The notes beneath the pieces were generated by a model. That model made no database searches and was not told where the DNA came from. It was given only the letters and a program-made list of their open reading frames with translations. A DNA stretch of 64,000 nucleotides from Selaginella moellendorffii (Eukaryota; Plantae; Lycopodiophyta). Shown piece by piece: positions 1 through 11,069 of this stretch (position 1 is the stretch's first letter; each line of letters starts with the position of its first letter). Location: positions 135,804 to 199,803 of the forward strand of contig NW_003314402.1 in assembly GCF_000143415.4 (NCBI RefSeq). The letters run 5' to 3'. The position numbers and the translations under genes are program-made.

Positions 1-625
1 GGACAAACTCAGCATCCGGAAGAGTATCGTGGGAGATACGTAAATGGAGAGGCCGAATTTGAGCCCGGAGGCGATGACTTTAGAGGTGCGGGAAGGCGTC
101 GAGGTCCCGGTCGTGCAGACGCCAGACGCGGTGGTCGGGGTGCTGTTGGCCAGTGGATTGCGGTAAATGAGAGGCATAAAGATGCTGAGCCAAGACATCA
201 CCTCCTGCGATATCTCTGATGGAAGGGACGAGTCGCTTAAATCTTCAAACGGGACTTAGTCGAATGCTAGGAGAAAACATCAACAGGAATGGAGGATCCG
301 GACTACAAGGTTGCAAAGGCACGGTCTTTGGCATCTCAACTTGAACGTCCAGGCTTGCCATCGGGAAGTACGCAAAACTCTTCCGTTGGCGCGGCTTTTG
401 AGGAGTCCAAACAGAGGCTCCATAATCTAGATGCTTTGGAAGGAGAAGGCGTGACGACCTCTCTAGATCTCGAGGAGCTACAAATTGACGGTCACCGTCG
501 TGAGGGTAAAGCTCCACAGTTTTACAAGGTTTGTGCTTGCTTTTTTTCTTTCTCTATTTTCATGTGTTTGTATCTCTGGTTACAGCCGAAGGAGAACCGT
601 TTCAGGACCTCTGAAGAACTAAAGG
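1..625 (+). pseudogene. URT1-like fragment (partial), fused to the NLR 3' flank
   Basis: Near-identical to ~10087-10745; lacks the catalytic exon. Confidence 0.65.
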
Positions 626-887
626 TATGCATATGCATATTCTTAATATTGTTATGTTTTCCATGTTTTACCATTTACTCTATACACCAGATTTTAAAAT
701 ACTCAAAACCACGAGAGTAAAGTAATATCCTGAGAATACGATTTGTAAGAAAAACAGAAACTGTGTCTTCTCCAAACGCTGCTGACGGCTTGGAAATCTC
801 TGTTTTTGTTTTTTGAGTGATGCAAAATGGTGTAGCATTTGCGCAGATCTTCAAAAACCCAATCGATGTCCACTGAAGGAGCAAGGT

Positions 888-3800
888 TTAATCCCTGAAT
901 TTTATCTGGAGATCCGGCCGCTCCTCAAGCCATGGTGGAACTTTCGTACCTTTTTGGCAGCGTAGGTCTTTGAGCCTGGGAAATAAGCCAAGGCCGTGAT
1001 TGTCTGAACTCAATTGGGACCACACTACATCATCATGATCAGAGAGCACAAGTTCCTCCAATCCGGGAAGGGATGCAATGGATGATGGAATATTTTCGAT
1101 CCTATTCAAGGTTACATCTCTTAGAGCAGTCATCTGGTCTGTTGGCTCAAAGAAATCATTGGGGAGCTGCCTCATACAGCCCTTCCGCAAAGATAATGCG
1201 AACCGTTTCACCTTCAGCTGTGATCTCTCGGTTGGCATCAAGAGTCTCCTCATGTAACCTTCTACTCTCAGTTCATCAAGGTCTTTGGGGAGTTGTGTCA
1301 CAAAGAGAGGCAAATGCTCCCATGTATTATCAGGAGCCAGATAGAATCTTAACCACTTCAGGTTTGGAAGACTTGCTGTGAACTCGGACTGTGCAATGTG
1401 TAGATTTTGAAGGCCCAGAACTTCAAGGCATGGGAACGATCCATCCAGACTGAAGAACTGGATACCACTGCAGTCTAGGTGAAGTACTTGTAGCCGTTGA
1501 AAGCCCTTTAGCCAAGACAGGTCTTTCATTGTCTCATTGTTTGTGATCCTTAAATATTGTAGCTGTAGCCATTCGAGGCTTTCGGCATTGTTTTCACCGT
1601 CTTGTACCCCGTCAATCGAAAAGAGCTGAAGCTGTTTGGAATTCTTAAACATTCGCTTCCAGTCAAGTTTGATAGTCGATTGCACGCTAATGTGACATCG
1701 TCTTAGATTGACAAGTTGCCACGGGCCGGTGAAATCGCCAAAGTCCATGCTCTTTGCACGCAACTCCAGTGTCTCAATGTCCACTAGTGCACCAAGGTTG
1801 TGAGGTATTTTTATTGTTGCACCTTTGAAGTCTAGCTTTAAATCTCTTAGCTTGTGTAGGCTTGAAATTCCACTCAAATCCATAGCCACAGCTAACTCCT
1901 TACAAGATTCAAGCTCCAGACGTTTGAGGCATGGGAACGATCCATCCAGACTGAAGAACTGGATACCACTGCAGTCTAGGTGAAGGTCTCGTAGCCGTTG
2001 AAAGCCCTTTAGCCAAGACAGGTCTTTCATTGTCTCATTGTTTATGATCGTTAAAAGTTGTAGCTGTGGCCATTCAAGGCTTTCGGCATTGTTTTCACCG
2101 TCTTGTACCCCGTCAATGGTAAAGTCCTGAAGCTGTTTGGAATTCTTAAACATTCGCTTGCAGTCAAGTTTGATAGTCGATCCCACCCTAATCTGACATC
2201 GTCTTAGATTGACAAGTTGCCACGGGCCGGTGAAATCGCCAAAGTCCATGCTCTTTGCCCACAACTCCAGTGTCTCAATGTCCTCTAGTGCACCAAGGCC
2301 GTGAGGTATTTTTATTGTTGCACCTTTGAAGTCTAGCTTTAAATCTCTTAGCTTGTGTAGGCTTGAAATTCCACTCAAATCCACAGCTAACTCCTCAAAG
2401 GAATAAAGCTCCAGCTCTTCCAAGTTGAATAATTGGGGCACTAATCCAAAGTTGAGATTTCTGGTAGCCTTGCATTTCAAAACCTTCAGTGATGTCAAGC
2501 TGAAGAGCGCATCTGGTAATATTGTCACACTTGATGGTACAAGGCACATCTCTCGAAGGTCAAGCACTTGAAGGTTTCTCAGCTTGGATATGCTCTCTGG
2601 AATAAAAGGGACCAAATTATCGCATCCCTTGAAGCTCAATACCTTGACATTTTGGATGTGATCTATAATAAGACTGACATCCACACCAGAAATTTCATGA
2701 CATCCATCGAGAAGCAAGACATCTCGCACATGAATGTCAGACAAAAGGCTGCTTGTAACCTTCTTTCCAATGAATGAAACTTTAGAAAATGTTGGAGAAA
2801 TCCCAGGTGGACAATCATAGCCAAACAGGCATCCCTTCTCGTGCTCTTCCTGGGGTGGGTACTTCCCTTTCAAGATTCTTATGCACAGCTTGCGTACCAT
2901 ATCGTGCACAGTTACAGACTTTTCCCGAAGTCTTTTCCCACTTAAATATGTCTTCACTAGGCATCTTCGTTTCAGTTCACTAACAATCTGCAGAGGCGAG
3001 AGTTCTGACCCAACCGCTATCCAACATTTTCTCAGATCATCAAAGTCGATTTGCTCATCTTCTGGAAACGCAGCCACATAGAGAAAGCACTCTTGCAGCT
3101 TTTCATCCTTATTAAAGCGTCCCAGCTCGTCATAGCTAAACTTCAAGCGCTGGAACATCCGCTTCTCAATGTCCCCGTCATTCAACAAATGCATCTTCTG
3201 ATAGCGTTCTTTCCACACCTGTGGCCCCTCATTCCTGTAGACAGCCATGGCACTGCCAATCACTTCAAGAGCTAAAGGGAGCCCCTCACATTTGCTAGCT
3301 ATTCTCTCGGCAACTTTCACAATGTCCGGATCACTAGGTAGTGAATCATAAAAGGCAAACTTCCAAAACATCTTTTTGCTCTCGTCCTCTGATAGCTTAT
3401 GCACAGGAAATACCTTTGCACCCAGCTTGCTCAAAATGTCTTCCTTTCTGGTTGTTACCAGCACCCGGCTGTAAGAGGACAGCCCTGCTATAAAATCCAG
3501 TCCCTTGGCCAAGCTCATCTCCCACACATCATCCAGTATCAGCAAGACACGAATTCCACGAGCAACATTTTGTGCCAAGTGCTGCACATGCTCAAGGGTG
3601 CCTGCATTTTGGGCCCTCTCTTTCATGCCGCCCCAGTCAAGAGCGTTGAGGAGCTGGGCCCTGAGATCATCCTCCGATGCATCTTTCTTGACAGTGATCC
3701 ATACAATGTTGTCATGGAAATGCTGCCGGACCCTCTGGTCATTGTGCACGAAGCTTGCAAGGGTGGTCTTGCCACACCCTCCCATTCCCAGGAGTCCAAA

Positions 3801-4741
3801 CCATTTCCCCGGGGCTTGTGGATCCAGGAGGGCATTCACCACCTCATCCAGCTGCTCCCCATGGCGGCCAAACATGTCGTTGGCCTCGGGAACACCATGC
3901 CGTACATAGTTTACGAGACCTCTGTCTTGTGGACAACTCCGTACGGAAAAGCTGGTGCTCGGCTGTATCCCTCTCAACTCTCGCTCGTACCTTTCAATGT
4001 GCGGGAGGAGATCGTTCTCGCAAGTGCGTACCAGCTCCGAAATCGCGCCAGATCGCTTCTCCCTGCGCGACAGATCCATCTTTTAGCTCCATTGCTTCAA
4101 ACATGAATTCGAATAAGCCTTACTGTGATCCAAGCAGCGCTTGCGCCTTCTTAGTCCATTCAGTCAGTTCAGTCAGCCACGCCTCAGCCTCACCAGAGTA
4201 GCGGAAATCTGGATTCCTGTGCTTGGGAGCATTAAACTTGTCAAGCGTGGCCTGGATTCTGGATGCCCTCTTCTTTAGCTCCTCAATGTGGACATTCAGC
4301 TCATGCTCGTGACCTTGGATCTGCGACAGGAGATCGCCGTAGGCACTTAAGGACTTCGCGATCTCGTTACTCCGCTTGTACCTATAGGAAGTGGAGAAGT
4401 TCAACCAGCTGCCTGCCATTTCTACACACACACACACAAAAGATAAAATGCTACTGTACCGACCGCTTTATGGGGCTCCAGATCCTGTTGTGGCGTGATC
4501 CCAAGAGTGCTTGTGCCGTGGTGTTCCATTTCCTGACACGCTCCAAGCATTCCTCGGCCGCTTGAGAGAACGTGAAGCCAGGATTCTGCTGCTTGTGATC
4601 ACTGAAAGCGTTGATCTTGTGCCGGATGTGGGGCGCCTTGTTCTCCAGCGTTTCAATGTTGGCATTGCAGTCCCATATCTTCTTAGCAGGGCGCAGAGCC
4701 AAGCCACACAAGGCGCTTGCCAAGGAGCCCACAACCTCCAT
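888..4741 (-). CDS. NLR copy 1: tandem-CC-NB-ARC-LRR, 3 coding exons (4741-4464, 4381-4124, 4062-888), ~1236 aa, with 501-bp LRR duplication
   Basis: NB-ARC motifs: P-loop GMGGCGKTT, kinase-2 LLILDDVW, RNBS-B SRVLVTTR, GLPL (CEGLPLAL), RNBS-D CFLYVAAFPED, VHD (MHD position); LxxLxL repeats follow. GT-AG introns 4463-4382 (82 nt, ends cttcctatAG) and 4123-4063 (61 nt, GTaagg...cgcAG) are both phase 2 and join the exons in frame. Confidence 0.9.
1420..2420 (-). repeat. Tandem 501-bp (167-aa) LRR duplication in NLR copy 1
   Basis: Anchors atgggaacgatcc at 1430/1931 and ccactcaaatc at 1870/2371 give a period of 501. Confidence 0.95.
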
Positions 4742-4834
4742 GCCTGTAGACCTACAAGTCAAGGTCGTTTCCCTCTTGCAATGCCAGCTGTGGCTCTCTA
4801 TCTCTCTCTCTCTCTCATACACAAAATAGCTGGG

Positions 4835-5596
4835 AGGCCTTGACAGATTTTCGATGGCCTGCACAAACCAAACCAGTTCTCGTGGAACATCTTGCTGCGA
4901 ACGTATGTTGCAAATCGTAGGATGCCCCCGATTCCATGGGAACAGGTTTATGGATGAGGAAAAGAAGCTGTTTGATTCGATCGCTTCTCGTGAAATATTA
5001 TGATCAAGGGGCTCGACTTCGCAAAGAGGAAAGATGCTATCTCTTCTGGCAGCACCTGCTCGAATAAGGCATTTGGAAGAAGCAAAAACTCTCCTTTTAA
5101 TGCGATGCCTCGGAGGAAAAACGTGCTTGCAAGAAACACAATGATTGTCAACCATACGCTCTCAAAGAGCCTATTTGACCAGAGCCATACAGGAATCTTG
5201 TGTCTTGGGCAGGCATGCTACAACGCATCTTTAAATGAAGGTGGAAGTTGCAACTTCGATGATGCCGAACTAAAACTCTCTCTCATAACTCTGGCTCTCT
5301 CTCTCTCTCTCTCTCTCAATAATAACGTTTTGAGCAGCTGTTCTTCCATCCAGGCATTTGCTGTATTCGTTCATCTTTGCATAAACCCCAGCGACCTTCA
5401 CAACATAAGAGCTAGAGTGATTCACGGTGAGCACTGCAACGATTGCTACCTCGCCAATCTCATCGTCCAAAAGTATGGGGGGCTGTGGGGTACTCGACAG
5501 ATGTTCACTGGAACATCTTTCTGGGAAAAATCGGTTGAGCGGAGATCCAAGAGCGATGTGGTCGCATGGAACTTGATCCTCGCAGCGTATGCCTAA
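4835..5596 (+). pseudogene. PLS-class PPR gene relics
   Basis: QIFDGLHKPNQFSWNILLRTYVAN (~4845-4915); YLANLIVQKYG and DVVAWNLILAAYA (5445-5596). Confidence 0.65.
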
Positions 5597-5963
5597 AACG
5601 CTCAGTCTAAAGAGATGTTTCTTTAGAAAAACAATGATCATTCTTTGTTTTACGAGCACGCAAAGTACTTGTGTCTGAGAGTATGAGCATCGTCTTGTCT
5701 CTTGTACGGCGTTGATGCAGGCGTTTTGAAATATATGGCTCCTCTGCCGATCTTTGATGGGATCATGGCGATCTTGTCACCGACGTCTTGAAAGATCTTA
5801 GATACTATCCACGATCGCCCAGTCGCCTCCTCGAACGCGATCATGGCGATGGGTGCTGCATATCATTCTATTCCCACCCGGACGTGATCTGCAATTATCG
5901 TCTTTACTTCTCCATTCTAGGGTTCTTTCTTGGAGGGGATTTAGGTTTTTAATTGCCCGCGTG

Positions 5964-8528
5964 ATCGATGCGGCTTGCCGGCGGAGAAGGCTCAGAAATC
6001 CCCATTACCTTGTGCAGCTCCAGAACGCCGATCAAGGCCGCCCCCAGCGCCGTCTCCTTGACAACGAAAGCTTTCGGGCCGTGCGGGATGTCCTTGGCAG
6101 CGATGTCTGCGACATGGATCTCGTCCACGCGCTACACTTGGCGAGGAACGATTTGCAAGTGGCCGTGCTCGACACTCCGGGTTTTAGAAATAGGAAGAGG
6201 CTCCAGGCGAGGAACGATTTGCAAGTGGCCGCCCACATTGTGCTCGACACTCCTGCAAAAAACTCCTGCAAAAGCTGAGGCTTCTAGGACAGCAAAAATT
6301 TCCGAGGTGAGCAATGATAGTGGAGCAGAGGATTTATATGATTCGGGAGTAGAAAGTGGAGCAATCGATGGTGGGGAAGAAGAGGTAAACAAGATTATGA
6401 CTGGAGGAGGAAACGATGCCGAGGTGGAAAGAACAACAGTGGTGGAGAGCTCCATTGAGACTGTCAGGAAACATGGCGAGGCTGTTTCTAGCGCCTTAGC
6501 TGGACTTTCAATCAGAGGTAGTGCCTTGACCCACGGTAATCCCGTTAAGATGGAAGCTGGCTGTGATTCCGTGAAAGCTGAAGCTTCGGTTTCGATCGCA
6601 GCTGGATGTGATCCTACGAAAGTAGATGGCTTGGTGAAGATGGAAGCTGGTTGTTTTAGATGCAGAGAGGTGGTGGCTTCTCCAAGAGACTGAAGTTGCC
6701 GGGTACTCGACGTCCAGGGGATGCCGGATTCGAGTTGGCGAGTTCGTGTCCTTCAATTTTCCCAAGCCTGAAGCCGAAAGTAAGAAGAAGTTCTTTGAGC
6801 ACAAGAAGGTTCGGCCGAAAGCAAGCTCCGACATTGTAAGGTTCTTGACAAAAGCTTCAGGAGAGGTACGTTTCACTTGACTTGTTTCTTCGTTTTAATT
6901 CTAACCATTTGCTCACAGAGAGGACGGCTTCCAGCCGACTGGTGATACCTTTGGGAAGTGCAAAATGGCACCAGAGGCTCTTTCTCTTATGAGCAGCATA
7001 GTTCTCCATTTGAGGTAGAGTTTTCTGTGTTTACCAGAGACGTTACGTATATGATGTGCTTGCAGAGTTTAAAGCCTTACGAGGAGGGGGATGAGCGCGG
7101 ATTGAAGCTTCTGCAAGCTATCTTGAAGCCGTTAATGCTTCGAAGAAAAAAAGATTCAACTGATAAAGAAGAAAGGTAAGCATTTTTTTCTTTGCACCGT
7201 GCCTTGTCTTGTATTCACTCACAAGTTGGATTCACAGACCAATTCCTGTTCTCCAACCGGCTCAATGTGAAGTTATTGAATGCAAACTATCTGAGCCTGA
7301 ATGCCCTTTACCACAGATCTAAGGCATGAAGAACTTCTCTTTCTTTTATTTTCTCGTTTTTTCTGAACACGTTTTTGCTTTTGTGATCAGGTAAAATTCG
7401 ATCAGTTCGTTGAACAAGGTAAAGTTCTCCATAACTATGCCTCGATCCTCGAACTGCTACTTCGATTACGGCAAGCTTGTGATCATCCTTTTCTTGTTCT
7501 GAGGTAGAAAATGCATCCTCTTATGTCTGAAGTTCCTGACGTTTTCTTCGTCACGCAGCCGTGGCGATACTGAAGACTTTGCGGACCTGGGAAAGCTGGC
7601 TAGACGTTTCTTGGACAAGAATTCCTCCCAGGTGCCTTCGACGGCTATGTCAAAGAGGTGGTGGATGATATTCGTAAAGGAGAAAGTGCTGAGTGCCCAA
7701 TTTGTTTGGAGATGCACGCAGTTCTTACACCATGCGCTCATTGAATGTGAGCGCCGGAGGTCCCTGTCCAATATCCGAGGTAACATATTGTTTTTTTTCT
7801 CGAGCTCTTTTCCATATCCATAGCTATCATGCAGGCGTTCCTGTACGAAATAGGAACTCATAACTGTACCAACAAGTAATCGGTTTCGAATAAATGTCGA
7901 GGAGCAGTGGAAGGAGTCGTCCAAAGTCGAGGCTCTGCTGCACCACCTCCAGACGTTAAGTGAGGCCGGGTCGAAAAGCGTTGTTTTTAGTCAGTGGACA
8001 GCGTTTCTCGACTTGTTAGAGATACCATTGAAAAGGTACGAGCGTCTTTCCTTTTGGTGCTTTCTCTTTGTTTGTGTTTCTAACAATGCACTGCCAGGAA
8101 GAACTTCTGTTTCGTCCGCTTGGACGGAACACTATCGCAGCGTCAGCGAGAACAAGTGCTCAAAAACTTCAGCAATATTCCAGCCGTGGCCGTAAGCTTT
8201 TCGTGTTGCTTACCTCCAAGAAACCACTCTATTTTGTGGACAGGTCATGCTCATGCTTTTCTCATGGTATGCGCTATAGTTATCTTTTTTAGCCATCTTC
8301 CGAGTCGAGCATCGGTCAGACGAAGAACGTATCGATCAAGCGATTCATCGTCAAAGTAAGCGCCAGTTGAAACTCTCTTTGACGTTTCTCATGTCTCTAG
8401 AGCAGGACTCGGTGGAGGAGAGAATGCAACAGGTCCAAGCGAGGAAGCAGCGATTGATCGCGGGGGCTCTCACAGACGAAGAGGTGCGAAGCGCTCGAAT
8501 CGAGGAGCTCAAAATGCTATTTAGATGA
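5964..8528 (+). pseudogene. RAD5: RAD5-like (HIRAN-SNF2-RING-HELICc) pseudogene A
   Basis: N-terminus ESFRAVRDVLGSDVCDMDLVHALHLARND; HIRAN WWLLQETEVAGYSTSRG...DIVRF; KPYEEGDERGLKLLQAILKPLMLRR; [36 protein letters not shown]; KSVVFSQWTAFLDLLEIPL; C-terminus DSVEERMQQVQARKQRLIAGALTDEEVRSARIEELKMLFR*. Introns are retained, there are many frameshifts, and ATPase motifs I-III are absent. Confidence 0.88.
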
Positions 8529-8665
8529 GAAGAACTGGAACATAGTTAAAGAGGGGAATATTAAAGAGGGGAATATGCTTCTAGCATCGGCGCGTAGATA
8601 GTTCATAGGCTATGGATATAGGAGCTTTGGCTAGGTTACAAGCATTTCTAGGTTTCTTCGCGGCT

Positions 8666-11035
8666 ATGGCGGACAGCGAAGGAGCAGGCGATCGCGTCGC
8701 AAGCGCGTTTGATTCCGGCAGCATCGGCGACGAGCAAGGTATGCATGCTAGGATCGCCTCGAGAAGCAGCAGCAGCGCCGGCGCCGGCGCCGCGCCGCGA
8801 TTTCGCTGGCCTAGAGCCGAGTAGCCGATCTAGATTCATGCAAGCATATGATCTCTAGGAAATTGAGCTGAACGCTGAGGCTTTGCAGGCGATCGCGTCG
8901 ATTCCTCTGGTCTCCGCGGCCGGGGCGGCTAGAAAGCCGGGGCGCATTCTAGAGTTTCGGGGTTTCTGGGGCGATCAGTCATGTAGCGGGCAGTGATTCT
9001 CTCACAGGGAGCTGGAAGTCAGCCATGACGTGGAATCCGCCACAAGTTCCTCCCAGCTTGTCCGCCTTGACTGCCACTACTCAGGCCGACGATGAACTGG
9101 GCGTGGATGTGTCGTCTCCCAGCGGCGATTTGCTACTCCAATTTCTCAAGAGTGGTGGGGGCGACGAGCAGCTGAGGAGCAGTAGCAGCTACAGGACCCA
9201 GCAGTCGCAGCTCACGGTCCCTGCCACAGCTTTGCTCCTTCTGGAGGAGGAGGAGAAGGTCCTCCTCCACGACCACTCTACGTCCCAGCAACAAGATTTG
9301 GTGGGTGGTCACCTCACTTCCAGCGGCACCAAAACCCACTTTTCCCTTCGGATCCATTCTTGACTCCGTCGGACCACTGATTTCGACGCTCGTTTGCTCC
9401 TCTTCCAGTCGAGAGACCGTTCCATCCGCCAGTGCCGTATCCTTCTCCAAATGCTCCGACTTTCCAGCCTGCTGATAATGTGGTTCATCCGCCGCATTCC
9501 TCTGGGGAGCTTAAAGCTCGTCCTGGCCTTCACTTCGAGTCTCCGGTGTTTGGACCCAGCGCAGCAGAGACCTCGGACTCCAAGCGCGCCCCAGAGCAGC
9601 CGAGGAGATCGGTTACACCTGCGAAGGATGACAAGCAACAATTCCACGGCAATGGTTCCGAGCTCCTTCAGTTGTTACAGGGTGGTCCTGGTCGTGTGAA
9701 GCCCACAGCCTCCACAAAGGTGGATGCTACACAGGACAGTGGGGATTCTGGAGAGCCATCAAAGAAAGGAAGTCCATCTGCTGTTCACGGCCCCATAGGA
9801 CCGCCGAGGCGTCATGTCGTTTCTCCTCCGCAGAGTCCAAATGACCTCCTTGGACGTTTGTGGGCTGCTCTTCCGTCGTCAAGCCACACTTCGTTTGACG
9901 GAGAAAGCGAATGCAAGACGTCAGCCCGGAGCTTTGGCGTTGAAGTGAACGAGATGTCCCGGGAAGTCGATGGAGGTGGAGCTGCTGGTTTCGCACTTTT
10001 GAAGCGAAGGGGATCGGAGCCTGCCGCCTCGCACTACCTTTAAACGACTACGACTATAACGACTCTTAAGACAAATGATAAGCCGAGGACAAACTCAGCA
10101 TCCGGAAGACTACAGGACTATCGTGGGAGATACGTAAATGGAGAGGCCGAATTTGAGCCCGGAGGCGATGACTTTAGAGATGCGGGAAGGCGTCGAGGTC
10201 CCGGTCGTGCAGACGCCAGACGCGGTGGTCGGGGTGCTGTTGGCCAGTGGATTGCGGTAAGTGAGAGGCATAAAGATGCTGAGCCAAGTGACATCACCTC
10301 CTGCGGTATCTCTGATGGAAGGGACGAGTCGCTTAAATCTTGAAACGGGACTTAGTCGAATGCTCGGAGAAAACATCAACAGGAATGGAGGATAAAACAG
10401 GCCGACTCAAAGGCAGCATTTCCAGCGGAGGAAAAACCGGACTACAAGGTTCCAAAGGCACGGTCTTTGGCATCTCAACTTGAACGTCCAGGCTTGCCAT
10501 CGGGAAGTACGCAAATCTCTTCCGTTGGTGCGGCTTTTGAGGAGTCCAAACAGCGGCTCCATAATCTAGATGCTTTGGAAGGAGAAGGCGTGACGACCTC
10601 TCTAGATCTCGAGGAGCTACAAATTGACGGTCACCGTCGTGAGGGTAAAGCTCCACAGTTTACAAGGTTTGTGCTTGCTTTTTTTCTTTCTTTATTTTCA
10701 TGTGTTTGTATCTCTGGTTACAGCCGAAGGAGAACCGTTTCAGGGAGTCCAGACGCGTCATTCCCATGCACAGACGTGATCTTCTTTACCGACTGGATCT
10801 GCTGAGTTTCACTCGTGAGCTTTTCTGCCTCTACGACGAGCTTATACCAACCGAAGAAGGGGAGGTCCGGAGAAGGAAGTTCTTCTCGAAGCTTAAGTCC
10901 CTTTTCGAGAGGGAGCTCCCGGGAACACGGCTCTTTCTTTTCGGATCGTGTGTTAATGCGTTTGGAGTTTGTAACAGTGACATCGATGTTTGCCTCTCCA
11001 TTGATGAGGAAGAACCAAACAAGATCGAAACTCAA
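8666..11035 (+). pseudogene. URT1: URT1-like terminal uridylyltransferase fragment (disordered N-terminus plus start of the catalytic domain)
   Basis: Exon 1 MADSEGAGDRVASAFDSGSIGDEQ, intron ~8739-9007, then a low-complexity exon with GDLLLQFL and SELLQLLQ motifs. Followed by LYDELIPTEE...LFLFGSCVNAFGVCNSDIDVCLSI (pol-beta NTase GS-x-DxD motif resembling plant URT1). Frameshifted and truncated. Confidence 0.7.
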
Positions 11036-11069
11036 CGTGACTCATGGGATAGTTTCTTATCCGAATTCT

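Noticed and set aside
289-720. 143-aa ORF with hydrophobic Cys/Phe-rich stretches as a membrane protein
   Set aside because: The hydrophobic parts are read-through of T-rich intron or flank sequence in the URT1 fragment.
3767-3788. miR482/2118-like sequence tcttgccacaccctcccattcc
   Set aside because: It is just the antisense of the P-loop codons GMGGCGK; there is no hairpin precursor, and targeting cannot be shown from sequence alone.
4063-4079. MDLSRR as the true NLR start (ORF track)
   Set aside because: It follows an in-frame stop and lies inside a 61-nt GT-AG intron whose removal fuses the upstream CC exons in frame.
3399-4201. Recurrent + strand ORFs (134-236 aa) antisense to each NB-ARC
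   Set aside because: Shadow frames of the conserved NLR sequence with no recognisable motifs; recurrence reflects duplication.
4382-4437. MCVCVEMAGSWLNFSTS as coding sequence
   Set aside because: It derives from a variable-length (TG)n tract and the polypyrimidine acceptor of intron 1.
5964-8528. RAD5 or URT1 as integrated domains of the NLR
   Set aside because: They are on the opposite strand and frameshifted, with no in-frame fusion to the NLR.
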